Assembly (NCBI GenBank): GCA_021323705.1
Contig: JAJPKL010000041.1
Location: forward strand, 264 to 64,263
DNA length: 64,000 bases
Direction of reading: 5' to 3'
Source of the DNA: Nitrososphaerota archaeon
GTDB lineage: Archaea > Thermoproteota > Nitrososphaeria > Nitrososphaerales > Nitrosopumilaceae
Each line of letters opens with the position of its first letter. Within the stretch, counting starts at the first letter, position 1. This document shows positions 46,105 to 55,761 of this stretch, piece after piece. Below the pieces are notes generated by a model, which did not search any database, was not told the DNA's origin, and was given only the letters and a program-made list of their open reading frames with translations. Position numbers and translations under genes: made by a program.

Positions 46105-46412
46105 CCGTAGTCAATGTATCGTTTGAATCTCTTTTCTATCTCTTGATTTTTTCCCTGCAGTATTCTGTCCATCTCTTGCTGATATATCAAGCGAATGTGT
46201 CTGCTCATGTCTGCAAGCTTTTCATCATTAGAATAGCACGTAACTAGAGGGTCAAGCATCTTGTAGTATTCCACAACCTTGTTCCTAAATTCCACAACGT
46301 TTGGTCTTCGAATTTTATTCATCCTAAACCATATGGTTGCCCAACTTGCTCCCACAACATGTGGCAATAGGTCAAATGCTCTATCTATCTCAAAACCGTC
46401 ATCGTCTCTCAT
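46101..46412 (-). CDS. Hypothetical protein
   Basis: 103-aa ORF, translationally coupled to hemB. Confidence 0.75.
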   Translation of the reverse strand: MRDDDGFEIDRAFDLLPHVVGASWATIWFRMNKIRRPNVVEFRNKVVEYYKMLDPLVTCYSNDEKLADMSRHIRLIYQQEMDRILQGKNQEIEKRFKRYIDYG

Positions 46413-47389
46413 TTTTCGCTAAGCGCTTTTGCGGCAATCTTTGAGAAATATGTTACTATCATGTCAGCCCCCGCCCTCTTTATAGCAGTCAAGATCTCAA
46501 GTGTGACTTCCTTCTCATCTATCCACCCCTGCATTGCAGCGGCTTTCACCATTGCATACTCGCCTGAAACGCTGTATGCAGATATTGGTACGTTGAACCT
46601 CTCCCGTGTCATTGCAATCAAATCAAGATATGCCAGCGCAGGCTTTATCATTACAATGTCCACCCCTTCGGCAATATCTGTCTCCACTTCCCGTATTGCC
46701 TCTTTTGGGTTTGTGTACGGCAACTGGTAGGTTTTTCTGTCTCCAAACTGTGGTGCAGAGTGCGCCATGTCCTTAAAGGGTGAATAAAGGTTTGACCGGT
46801 GTTTTGCAGAGTGGGACATTATTGCCACATCTTTAAATCCAGCATCATCAAGTGCGTGCCTTATTGCCTTGACTTGTCCGTCCATCATGGCAGACGGGGA
46901 TACAACGTCAGATCCTGCCTGAGCCTGGCTCACCGCGGTCTTTGCCAGCACCTCGAGGCTAGAGTCATTGTCAATCTTGTCTCCCTTTACAAGTCCGCAG
47001 TGTCCCGAGCTTGTGTACTGACAGAGGCAGACATCTGACATTATGGCAATCTTGTTTCCAAGGTTTTTTCTTATTTCAGATATTGTCTTTTGTACAACAC
47101 CGTTCTCAGAAAACGCAGACGTTCCCTTTTCGTCCTTGTCAGAAGGTATACCAAAAACCATTATTGCTGGAATGTTTAGATCTGCAATATGGCTTACCTC
47201 ACTTACCACATCTTTTAGCGGCAGTCTCTCAAATCCCGGCATGGCTCCTCCCTCAAGTTTTGATTGAAGATCTTCTTGTACAAATATTGGACAGATGAGA
47301 TCCTTTGGAGAAAGTCTGACCTCTTCTAGCAGCTCGCGAATTTTGCTGCTCTGCCGTAGCCTTCTAAGACGGACATTAGGATAAGACAT
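46409..47389 (-). CDS. hemB: Porphobilinogen synthase
   Basis: RLRRLR, DVCLCQYTSSGHCG, SPSAMMDG, MIKPAL, YSVSGEY. Confidence 0.97.
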   Translation of the reverse strand: MSYPNVRLRRLRQSSKIRELLEEVRLSPKDLICPIFVQEDLQSKLEGGAMPGFERLPLKDVVSEVSHIADLNIPAIMVFGIPSDKDEKGTSAFSENGVVQKTISEIRKNLGNKIAIMSDVCLCQYTSSGHCGLVKGDKIDNDSSLEVLAKTAVSQAQAGSDVVSPSAMMDGQVKAIRHALDDAGFKDVAIMSHSAKHRSNLYSPFKDMAHSAPQFGDRKTYQLPYTNPKEAIREVETDIAEGVDIVMIKPALAYLDLIAMTRERFNVPISAYSVSGEYAMVKAAAMQGWIDEKEVTLEILTAIKRAGADMIVTYFSKIAAKALSEK

Positions 47390-47423
47390 TACAAAAATTA
47401 CAATTTTCTAGCAATATAACTTG

Positions 47424-48680
47424 TTACTCTTTTGTCTTATAGTCAAAGAGTTTTGTGACTGTCTTGAGGATCTCAGAATCACCCTGTTCTGATGCTTTTC
47501 TGAGGTTGTTCATCGGTACTGATATGATATCTTCTACAATTGCCTGTGTCAGCTGATCAATGATTCGAATTTTTTGCTCGTCTTTTTCTCCAAGCATCTG
47601 CAATGCCTTTTTGAGTTCCTTGACTCGTGCCTGATCAATTTCTTTGAAGACATTCTTTACTATTGGTTCAACCTCTAGTCTTTTCATTGCTGCTTCCATT
47701 ACTGGCAACTCCTCGTTAATTATCTTCTCCGCTGAAGAAACCACACCCATCCTTGTACGCATGTTTTTGTCCACCATCTCTGCAATCTGATCTAGGTTCA
47801 TCATCTTTATCTTCTTTATAGTAGTCACCCTTTCATCCACGGTTCGTGGGTTTGACAGATCCATTATCATCATGCCGTTTTTGCGCGATTCCATTGCTTC
47901 CTTAATTCTTTCATATGTCACCAAGAAATATGGTGCCACCGTCGCGACAAAGAGAACATCAAATGATTTGAAGTTTGCAATGGACTCTTCAAACTTGACA
48001 GGGTGTCCCCCTGCAGTCTCTGCAAATGACTTGGAGCGCTCAAACGTCCTGCTCGTTACATCAAAATCTATGCCACGCTTTTTGAGCGATTTTGCTACAA
48101 GGCTTGCTGCCTCTCCTGTTCCAATCAATAATATTTTTTTAGATTTCAGGTCATCAATGTTTTCTTCAGCAAGTTTTACTGCCATAGAACCAATTGAGAC
48201 GCTTCCCTTGCTTATTCCAGTTGCATGCCTTACCCTTGTGCCAACTCGAATTGCTTTATCAAACAAGGTGTTAAGCGCACTGCCGGATGCTTTTAACTGT
48301 CGTGCTGCATTGATTGACTCTTTTACCTGGCCCAAAATTTGTTCCTCGCCTACAACAAGAGAGTCAAGTCCAGAAGTGAGTTTTAACAAGTGTTGGTATG
48401 CGTCAGTCCCCTGGCTTACCTCAAGGTTTCCTTTGAACGCGTTTTCTTCAAGTCCTGACACTGATGCCCAAGTCTTTTTTATCTTTTCAAGGTTGGCATC
48501 ATCTCCAAATCCAAACAATTCAACTCGGTTACAGGTCTGCAACAAAACACATTCTTGCAGTCCAGAGTGTCTCAGAAAGGACTCGTACGCAGAATCAAGA
48601 TCCCTAAACGTAAACCTCTCAAGCATGTGAATCGGAGATTTTCTAAAAGTAACTCTTGCATTGATTACCTCACTTGTCAA
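47424..48680 (-). CDS. hemA: Glutamyl-tRNA reductase
   Basis: LQTCNRVE, SGLDSLVVGEEQILGQ, IGTGEAA, DLSNPR. Confidence 0.96.
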   Translation of the reverse strand: MTSEVINARVTFRKSPIHMLERFTFRDLDSAYESFLRHSGLQECVLLQTCNRVELFGFGDDANLEKIKKTWASVSGLEENAFKGNLEVSQGTDAYQHLLKLTSGLDSLVVGEEQILGQVKESINAARQLKASGSALNTLFDKAIRVGTRVRHATGISKGSVSIGSMAVKLAEENIDDLKSKKILLIGTGEAASLVAKSLKKRGIDFDVTSRTFERSKSFAETAGGHPVKFEESIANFKSFDVLFVATVAPYFLVTYERIKEAMESRKNGMMIMDLSNPRTVDERVTTIKKIKMMNLDQIAEMVDKNMRTRMGVVSSAEKIINEELPVMEAAMKRLEVEPIVKNVFKEIDQARVKELKKALQMLGEKDEQKIRIIDQLTQAIVEDIISVPMNNLRKASEQGDSEILKTVTKLFDYKTKE

Positions 48681-49330
48681 TTCGAATCACCCAACATCTC
48701 GATCACCTGTTTCTGTGCTTTTTTTAGATTTCCGTCAGCTATTAATTGTTTGATACGATTGTCATTCATAACCCTGTAGAGGAATTTTTTGCGTTCAGGA
48801 AACGTGCCAAGTTTTGTCTTTGCGGCACGCCTGGCAAAGTCCTGCAGTTTTATTTGATAGATATCTTCTTTTTTGATGAGTTTTTTGAAAACCTTCTCGG
48901 CCTGCATCCGCAAACGTCGAGCCATTGCCGGGCTTCGTCCACCAGTGGATACTGCAATCTGCACAGTATCTTGTATATTTATGACAGATCCGAACGCAAA
49001 GTCGCTGACCTCTGGGTCGTCTGCAGCATACGCATAGCAACGCATCTTCTTTGCCTGCTCCACTATTTTTCTGTTCAGAGCCCTGTCATCAGTGGTTGCA
49101 AGAACTGCAAGTGGTTTGTATTTTTTTAAAAAGCCCGCATTTACAAGTTTCATTTTTTTAAATTCAATCTTTTTTTGCTTGACATATTTGTCTATCTGCC
49201 TGTTAGTCGAGTCGCTAATTAGAAGAATCTTACAGTCTTGCGTCAGCAAAGCATTGACCTTTTTTAGACCTTCGTTGCCTCCCCCTACAACAATTACCAA
49301 ATTTCCTTTTAGATTGAGGTCAACTATCAA
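48677..49330 (-). CDS. sirC: Precorrin-2 dehydrogenase/sirohydrochlorin ferrochelatase (SirC/Met8p-like)
   Basis: VVGGGNEGLKK, DDPEVSDF, IAVSTGGRSPAMAR. Confidence 0.88.
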   Translation of the reverse strand: MIVDLNLKGNLVIVVGGGNEGLKKVNALLTQDCKILLISDSTNRQIDKYVKQKKIEFKKMKLVNAGFLKKYKPLAVLATTDDRALNRKIVEQAKKMRCYAYAADDPEVSDFAFGSVINIQDTVQIAVSTGGRSPAMARRLRMQAEKVFKKLIKKEDIYQIKLQDFARRAAKTKLGTFPERKKFLYRVMNDNRIKQLIADGNLKKAQKQVIEMLGDSN

Positions 49331-49410
49331 TAATTTTGCTGTCTTTGTAAGATATTTATAGATTCCATGAAAATCTAGGTAACGTTTTTAATTGTAATTA
49401 CGATTCGTTT

Positions 49411-50454
49411 TTGGTATACATGGACAAGCTGGACAAGGAAATTCTAAATGAGATTCAATGGACATTTCCTCTAGTTCCAAGACCATATTCTGCGATCGCA
49501 AAAAAATTTCAGATTTCTGATGAAGAATTGATGAAACGACTGCTCACACTCAAAGAGTCTGGAATAGTGAGACAACTTAGTGCAATCTTTGACACGCGAA
49601 GACTGGGTTACAAGAGCGCGCTTGTTGCAATGGCAATTGATGCAGACAAGCTTGACTATGTTGCAAGTCAAATTAACAGGCATCCAGGGGTAAGTCACAA
49701 TTATGAAAGAAATCACGAGTACAACCTGTGGTTTACTCTGGCAGTTCCTCCAGGTTCTGATCTCAAGTCGGAGATTGACAAGTTTTCAAAGTTAAACGGA
49801 ATAAGAAAGATCAGAATGCTTCCCACCATCAAGCTCTTCAAGATTGGGGTGAAGCTTGAGATGGTAGAAGAGAAAAAGGCAGAGGTAAAACCAATCGAGG
49901 AAAAGAAAAAGATTACCGAGGTCAAGTTTGTTGCCACTAAGGAGGACAAAAACTACATACGCGAACTGCAAAAAGATCTAGATATAACAGAGAGGCCATT
50001 TTTGAAATCTGCACAAAACCTAGGCATAACAGAAGAGCAACTGCTTGAAAAGGCCAAGCACTATGAAGAAATTGGAGTTATGCGCAGGTTTGCGGCAATA
50101 CTCAGACACAGAGAAGTTGGTTTTGTATCAAACGGCATGATAGTATGGAAGGTTCCAGAGGAGAGAATAGATGAGGTAGGCGCAAAACTTGGTGCATTTC
50201 CGCAGGTAAGCCACTGTTACCAGAGACCGGTCTACGCAGACTGGCCATACAATGTGTTTTCCATGGTACATTGCAAGTCAAACGACGAGGCGCAAAAGAT
50301 TGCACAGGAGATTGAAGGTCAGATAGATGTACACGATTACAAAATATTGTTTAGCTCACGTGAATTCAAAAAGACTCGTGTTGAATATTTTGTAGAGCAT
50401 GAGTTCAAGATAGAAGAGACCATCCCTGCAATAGATGCCACAAAAACAAAATAA
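49411..50454 (+). CDS. ahbAB: Fused siroheme decarboxylase alpha/beta (AhbAB; NirDL/GH-like)
   Basis: Two Lrp-like halves with FPLVPRPY, VSHNYER..YNLWFT, VSHCYQRP...WPYNVFSMVH. Confidence 0.88.
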   Translation: MVYMDKLDKEILNEIQWTFPLVPRPYSAIAKKFQISDEELMKRLLTLKESGIVRQLSAIFDTRRLGYKSALVAMAIDADKLDYVASQINRHPGVSHNYERNHEYNLWFTLAVPPGSDLKSEIDKFSKLNGIRKIRMLPTIKLFKIGVKLEMVEEKKAEVKPIEEKKKITEVKFVATKEDKNYIRELQKDLDITERPFLKSAQNLGITEEQLLEKAKHYEEIGVMRRFAAILRHREVGFVSNGMIVWKVPEERIDEVGAKLGAFPQVSHCYQRPVYADWPYNVFSMVHCKSNDEAQKIAQEIEGQIDVHDYKILFSSREFKKTRVEYFVEHEFKIEETIPAIDATKTK

Positions 50455-50465
50455 AAGGAAAAGTT

Positions 50466-50789
50466 CTACTGTATCTGTACCTGTGAACTAGGAACTGCGT
50501 TCAGCGTTACCGTGATTGTCTTTACCCTGCTTTTGTACATAAAGTACTTTTTGCCAGCAGCATTTGTTGCACCAGAGATCTTGACAAAGCCAAGCTTGTG
50601 CAGTTTCCTTACCCATCTATACACCTGAGTAAGAGGAATATTGCACGCGGTGCTTATTTCGTATGCAGATCTTGGCAAGTCCATGCTGTATTCAAGCACC
50701 TGCATGGCCTGCTCGTTTGAAATTATCTTCAGTACAGCATCACGGATGTTTTCCTGCTCTACATCTCTTCCTAAAAGAATTACCTGCAC
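50466..50789 (-). CDS. Small winged-helix (ArsR-like) protein
   Basis: SAYEISTACNIPLTQVYRWVRKLHKLGFV. Confidence 0.8.
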   Translation of the reverse strand: MQVILLGRDVEQENIRDAVLKIISNEQAMQVLEYSMDLPRSAYEISTACNIPLTQVYRWVRKLHKLGFVKISGATNAAGKKYFMYKSRVKTITVTLNAVPSSQVQIQ

Positions 50790-50861
50790 AAGTAAGGTTT
50801 TGTTTGATATAATATAACAAGGGCGATTAGAATGCGTTTATGTGCAAACAGTTGCAAACAT

Positions 50862-51392
50862 TTAGTCGCTGAACTTGAACGAGATCATGCCAGCATTATA
50901 GTCAAACTGGATTTTTTTGTCAAGTACGTCGGCAAATATCAATTCAAGAACCGTCTTGTGGTACAAGGACCAGTTTTCACCAAGATCGTGTTTTACGATA
51001 AATGTATGAAAACCATTTTTCATGTTGTGATTTATCTCAATTGATGATGCCTTCATCCTTGCTTCAAACCAAGACAGAAAAGAGCTTAGACTGATATCTC
51101 CTTTCATAAACAGTGCAATATCCCGTACGACATTTTTCCCAATCCTGTTTGCCATGTCTATTATCTCTTCTTTTGACATCTTTCCAAATAGCTCGACAAT
51201 TATCGGCTTGGCAATAGGTACCATCCCAACCTTTGACTCGTACATGTCCCACTCTACATATCTCTTGAAGATCTGGTTGACAAATGTGTTGAGGCTCGTC
51301 TCTCGGTGCTCTGACTCTAGGCGAAGTTTGTTTAGCACGTCCTCGTCTATTCGAAATGTCATTGTTGCTGTCTTTTTTGTAGTCAGAACCAT
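50862..51392 (-). CDS. Hypothetical protein with N-terminal ribbon-helix-helix
   Basis: TMTFRIDEDVLNKLR...SLNTFVNQIF. Confidence 0.78.
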   Translation of the reverse strand: MVLTTKKTATMTFRIDEDVLNKLRLESEHRETSLNTFVNQIFKRYVEWDMYESKVGMVPIAKPIIVELFGKMSKEEIIDMANRIGKNVVRDIALFMKGDISLSSFLSWFEARMKASSIEINHNMKNGFHTFIVKHDLGENWSLYHKTVLELIFADVLDKKIQFDYNAGMISFKFSD

Positions 51393-51449
51393 TGTTTTAC
51401 ACCATTTCTTGATTTGCAGATTTGTTGGAGTTGGAAATTGTCAAGATCT

Positions 51450-52448
51450 TCACGCTGTCTGTGCAGATGCCTTGAGTTCATACGGAGGCCACTGGTTGAA
51501 GAGTTCTGTTATTTCTTTTTTATCTGACAAACTGAGGTATTTGCCGTCAGACATTTGCGAGAACATTACAATCTCTTCCTCACTTACTACAGTTGGAAGA
51601 ACTGACGATATGCCCTTGTGCGAGAGAATGAATTTGATTGCAAGCTCAGTGATGTTCCATCCGTATCGCTTTGCAACAGGCATGAGCTGCTCAACTTTTT
51701 GGAGCGACTGCCTTACCCAGTCTCCGCTTCTTACAGAACGATGGTCTTTTTCACTAATCTTTGTGTCTGCCGTTACCTTTCCTGTCAGTATTCCAGAGGC
51801 ATCAGGGACCCTTACAAGAATTCCTACGTTATGCTTTTCACCTTGCTCTATCAGTATGTTTCCAGGATTTTGTTCAAGTATGTTGTATACGGTTTGGACC
51901 GCAGCTGCGTTTGTGCGTTCCATTGCCTCAAGCCCCTCCTGTGTCCACCCAATGGCCGGTCCAAGCGCAATTTGATAGCTTTTGATTGTTCCCTCCCTTA
52001 CTTTATTGTCAAGGTGGTCGAAGATCTTCTTGTCTCTTATTGTGTGGATCTTTGGATTGTGCAATCCATATACATCTAGATAATCGGTTTGCAGTCTTTC
52101 AAGGCTCTTTTTTAATGCGTAATCAGTGAATTCTGTTGTAAATTTTTGCGGAAGTTCCCTGTGTCCTATCTGCTCTGCACTGTAAATGTCATAACCATAC
52201 TTTGTTGATATCACAACTTCGTTTCTCATGCCAGCAAAAACTTCGCCTATCAGCTGCTCACTTTTTCCTCTTCCGTAGATATCCCCAGTCTCAAAATAGT
52301 TAATTCCAAGGTCATATGCTCGTTTTAGCAGTCGCTTGGCCTCGTCATCTTCAATCTTTTTTCCCCACCAGTCAAGGCCCAGAGTCCATGCTCCAAATCC
52401 AATCTCTGACACCTTGATTCCGCTTTTGCCAAGAGTTCGATATTTCAA
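51450..52448 (-). CDS. Aldo/keto reductase
   Basis: VSEIGFGAW, FETGDIYG, ISTKYG, SLERLQTDYLDVYGLHNP, YNILEQ. Confidence 0.93.
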   Translation of the reverse strand: MKYRTLGKSGIKVSEIGFGAWTLGLDWWGKKIEDDEAKRLLKRAYDLGINYFETGDIYGRGKSEQLIGEVFAGMRNEVVISTKYGYDIYSAEQIGHRELPQKFTTEFTDYALKKSLERLQTDYLDVYGLHNPKIHTIRDKKIFDHLDNKVREGTIKSYQIALGPAIGWTQEGLEAMERTNAAAVQTVYNILEQNPGNILIEQGEKHNVGILVRVPDASGILTGKVTADTKISEKDHRSVRSGDWVRQSLQKVEQLMPVAKRYGWNITELAIKFILSHKGISSVLPTVVSEEEIVMFSQMSDGKYLSLSDKKEITELFNQWPPYELKASAQTA

Positions 52449-52993
52449 TTTACAATTCTCCTAAATTCTGCCAATTGCGATTCAAGTTCAGCATCGCTCA
52501 AAACAGCTTTTCCAGCCTCTGAATTTACATTTAATTCTATCCAAGATTTGCAACCGTGATAATCTGGCAGCACAGGTATCTCAGCAGGCTGGATCTTGAA
52601 GACCTTAAGGAAGAGTGCAGTCATTGGTTTTGACGGCATCCAGTTACTTCGCTCAACAATGTAAGAGTCGCTCCAGATGTGAAACGGTGAGAGTTGTTCT
52701 ATTTTTTCCATGGATGAGATGTCACGTTCCTCCAATACCTCTGCAATAGATGTTATTCTGTTGTACCCCTCCCTTGGCTGGCTTTCCCTTGCGTCTGCAA
52801 GATATCCATAGTATTGCGATTTCAGCGATGAGTTGTCTTGGTGTTCGTATGTTGGATATAGTGCAAACTTTGGAGCCTCCACTCTAAATCCAGACGCTGT
52901 CTCTAAAATTCCGCCCTTTCTTAACAAGACTGTCTGGTTTCCATTTTCAAGTGCTTTTACTACGGTTGCCCATTCCTTTAGCGCCTTCATCAT
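52445..52993 (-). CDS. DUF1802 family protein
   Basis: ALKEWA...LLRKGGI...LYPTYEHQ...YHGCKSW. Confidence 0.88.
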   Translation of the reverse strand: MMKALKEWATVVKALENGNQTVLLRKGGILETASGFRVEAPKFALYPTYEHQDNSSLKSQYYGYLADARESQPREGYNRITSIAEVLEERDISSMEKIEQLSPFHIWSDSYIVERSNWMPSKPMTALFLKVFKIQPAEIPVLPDYHGCKSWIELNVNSEAGKAVLSDAELESQLAEFRRIVN

Positions 52994-53661
52994 CCTAGGC
53001 TCCTTATCAGAGGGATAAGGTCTTTTTTGACACAGACTATCATAGGAGTGTCAACCTGGACATATCCGCTGACTTTTGTCTCCCGGAGGTCCATTATCAG
53101 GTCCTGAAACCTGTCAAGAATGTTGGTCTCAAAGGCAAGCATAAAGTCCTCATCGTGGATTCCAAATGAATACGTGGTGTTCAAGTTTACATCAGGATAT
53201 TTTTGTCCCACAGCAATGTGTTCTGCCATCATCTCTTTTCGTTTTTCAAGTGGAAGAAGATACCACTCTCTTGTCTTGATAAATGGATATACAACGACAT
53301 ACTTTTTTTGCTCCTCTCCCCCAAGCCATCCACGTGCTGCGGGATTTTTCACATATACTGATGGTCTTGTACACGAAAGATAGACATGTGTTGGTACAAT
53401 ATATTTCCCAAAAACTGTCAAGTATAACTTTGAGATAACGTCTTGTATCTTTTCAACTGATTCTGATGCAAACCATAACAAAAATTCTGCGTCATCTCGC
53501 AAGCCAAGAGTAGAATATGATCGGAATTGAATCTGAGAGTTTTTTAGGACGTTTTCCACTTCCTTTGCAGACTCTTCTTTTGCAAGGTCTGCCATCCAGC
53601 GCCACTTTGGATCAACTTTGAAGAAGGCGAAGTTAAAGAACGTTCTTGGCTGCTCGCTCAT
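52990..53661 (-). CDS. chdC: Chlorite dismutase-superfamily protein, coproheme decarboxylase (ChdC/HemQ)-like
   Basis: VYPFIK (catalytic Tyr/Lys positions), WYLLP, proximal His in MMAEH; no distal Arg of true Cld. Confidence 0.75.
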   Translation of the reverse strand: MSEQPRTFFNFAFFKVDPKWRWMADLAKEESAKEVENVLKNSQIQFRSYSTLGLRDDAEFLLWFASESVEKIQDVISKLYLTVFGKYIVPTHVYLSCTRPSVYVKNPAARGWLGGEEQKKYVVVYPFIKTREWYLLPLEKRKEMMAEHIAVGQKYPDVNLNTTYSFGIHDEDFMLAFETNILDRFQDLIMDLRETKVSGYVQVDTPMIVCVKKDLIPLIRSLG

Positions 53662-53777
53662 GCCGTCTTGATTTACCTATTGGCTATTTAAAATCTAACC
53701 ACGATATTCTCCACTGGTGAATCGAACCTTAGAATGAATAATATGGCAATGGGCCAAACCACAAGCGAAGGTCAAAG

Positions 53778-53876
53778 ATGAGCAGAAAGAAAGTATTGAC
53801 AATTGCAATTGGGTCCATTTTTGGTGTCTTCATAATAACAATGGTCTTCCTTGTAATCGGTTCCTACTCTCCCTAA
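53778..53876 (+). CDS. Single-TM micro-protein (32 aa; possibly frameshifted from upstream ORF 53734..53781)
   Basis: MSRKKVLTIAIGSIFGVFIITMVFLVIGSYSP. Confidence 0.55.
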   Translation: MSRKKVLTIAIGSIFGVFIITMVFLVIGSYSP

Positions 53877-54037
53877 GAAATCAAACTGCAATTGGACCTC
53901 TTTTATCATATCATAATTAATCACCGTGGATCTAAAACTTGACGTCAAGAATTCTGATGACTACATCTCAACACCCGATAAGTTAGTGGAAGTTTGTAAC
54001 AAAACACTTATTATTTGAGCTCGGAGAATTTTTCTAA

Positions 54038-54337
54038 ATGCCAAATATAGGCCAACTCAACAAGCCGCAAAACAGACTAGAGCCAGTTGAAGGGATAATA
54101 GACAGCATCAACGAACCAAGGACTGTAAACCTCAAGACAGGTGGACAGGCCCAAGTTGCAGATGCCATACTAAAAGACGAGACGGGCCAGATCAAGCTAA
54201 CCTTGTGGGATGCTCAAATAAAGATGGTAAAACAGGGCTCAAAGGTCAGAATAGAGAATGGATACATCAGCACCTTCAGAGGAGAAAACTCCCTCAACGT
54301 AGGCAAGTACGGCAAGCTTGAGGTATTAGAATTCTAG
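54038..54337 (+). CDS. ssb: Single-stranded DNA-binding protein (single OB fold)
   Basis: VADAILKDETGQIKLTLW...VRIENGY...LNVGKYG. Confidence 0.9.
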   Translation: MPNIGQLNKPQNRLEPVEGIIDSINEPRTVNLKTGGQAQVADAILKDETGQIKLTLWDAQIKMVKQGSKVRIENGYISTFRGENSLNVGKYGKLEVLEF

Positions 54338-54939
54338 ATATACCTAGACTGATTTTTGCTTTTTCTCCAGTCCATTACGGAAAGTACTATTCCAGCAATA
54401 ACTGCAATTATTCCAAATATCAACATAAAGCCAGCAGCTGCTAGAGGCACTATGTTTTTGTTAAATGGCGAGTTTGGGTCAGTTAGGGCTCTTGATTTTT
54501 CAGGGTTTTCAGTGAACATCATCTCTGCAGTAATAGATGAACTTCCAGTGTTTTCCACGTTAAAGTTGTACGTGTCCATCTTGGGTATGACAAATGATTT
54601 TATGAATATTGGATCCGCATCTGTATAAGATCCAAACTTGTCACCAAACGTATTTGTGACATTTATTGCAGCGTGGTTGTCTTGTTTGTAATCTGTAATG
54701 TAGAGCCCCCACATTAGTGGAACTTGGGAAGATGATGTGGTATGGGAAAAGGTGTACGTCATTCCAGGCTCGATTGTTTCCTTTTCGGATACCTCATCGA
54801 ACATGCTTTCTGGAGATGGAAAGAATCCATTTCCGCCAAGGTTTGAGCCTGCACGTTCCATAATAGAATAAGACAGCAAAAATGCAACAGATATCAGTGC
54901 TGCACCTATGACAACAACAATGGGACCGCGTTTTTTCAT
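54334..54939 (-). CDS. Hypothetical membrane protein (N- and C-terminal TM, central beta domain)
   Basis: Hydrophobic termini. Confidence 0.75.
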   Translation of the reverse strand: MKKRGPIVVVIGAALISVAFLLSYSIMERAGSNLGGNGFFPSPESMFDEVSEKETIEPGMTYTFSHTTSSSQVPLMWGLYITDYKQDNHAAINVTNTFGDKFGSYTDADPIFIKSFVIPKMDTYNFNVENTGSSSITAEMMFTENPEKSRALTDPNSPFNKNIVPLAAAGFMLIFGIIAVIAGIVLSVMDWRKSKNQSRYI

Positions 54940-55715
54940 TAGCTGATGTACCCCAGCTTCTTATCAGGTTGCTGCATGGGCAAAGATTCTGGAGAGTGTC
55001 TTGCTCCCATCTGTTCTTCGATTGTCTTGACAAGTTGCTTGGTGTCTTGCGCTTTTTTTGAGATGCCGGTTAAATCCAGTTTAAGGTTCAATATTTTGGC
55101 AAGAGTTTCAAGCACAACTTTTGAGGCCATGGCATCAACCACATATCCCGAAGTCTCGCCAAGCAGGCAAACACCTGTTATGTTCTTTCTCTTTCCAACT
55201 CCAATTATCAAACCATTCATTCCTGTAATGCTTCCGCTGTTCATAGAGTATACGCCATATTTTGAAAATTCTTTTACAATTTCAGGCGATGTGCTTGTTC
55301 CATAAACCCGTTGAATCTTTGCAAAAGATCCTGTGATGTATGCAGCAAGTGTGTAAATTGTCTTTACGCCAAGTTTTTCGCAAATCTTGGTTATCTCCTC
55401 TGCCATCTGATATTCGCTTTCTGGGGTAACAGGCTGGGCATCCCCGCTGAGAAGAACAAGGTCAAGTGACTTTCCTTTACAGTAATACAAGGTATTTTTC
55501 ATAAGATCTACAGTTCCATCAGGCTGAATGAGTACTTGGGGTGGAAATGATGAAGAAAAGATGCTTGCAAAAGGAACTCCCTTTAGTTCTTCGATTAGAT
55601 GATCAACTGCTAGTTTTCCAACGTACCCGCTTCCAGGAAGGCCACATATCAGCGAAGGGTTCTTGAGCTTTGGCATCTCAGTTATTTCCACCATAATTTT
55701 GTTAGGAAGCGACAT
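54939..55715 (-). CDS. Proteasome assembly chaperone PAC2 family
   Basis: ICGLPGSGYVGKLAVDHL, GMNGL, CLLGETSGY.VD..AS. Confidence 0.9.
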   Translation of the reverse strand: MSLPNKIMVEITEMPKLKNPSLICGLPGSGYVGKLAVDHLIEELKGVPFASIFSSSFPPQVLIQPDGTVDLMKNTLYYCKGKSLDLVLLSGDAQPVTPESEYQMAEEITKICEKLGVKTIYTLAAYITGSFAKIQRVYGTSTSPEIVKEFSKYGVYSMNSGSITGMNGLIIGVGKRKNITGVCLLGETSGYVVDAMASKVVLETLAKILNLKLDLTGISKKAQDTKQLVKTIEEQMGARHSPESLPMQQPDKKLGYIS

Positions 55716-55761
55716 GGCATACGGAAAAAAAGTTATTCAATATTAATTAAGCGTAGGATTG

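Noticed and set aside
47872-48630. 252-aa plus-strand ORF
   Set aside because: Antisense shadow of hemA.
49359-49377. Inverted repeat TAGATT-N7-AATCTA in the sirC/ahbAB divergent promoter
   Set aside because: Single, short and AT-rich; no second copy to support it.
49411-50454. Annotation as an Lrp/AsnC transcription factor
   Set aside because: HxYxR and YNLW/WPYN motifs plus context fit siroheme decarboxylase better, although DNA binding is not excluded.
51154-52079. Long plus-strand ORFs (273 aa, 153 aa)
   Set aside because: Antisense to clear aldo/keto reductase and RHH genes; no motifs.
52990-53661. Chlorite dismutase / perchlorate detoxification call
   Set aside because: The distal Arg of true Cld is absent; ChdC residues are present and the gene is near heme genes.
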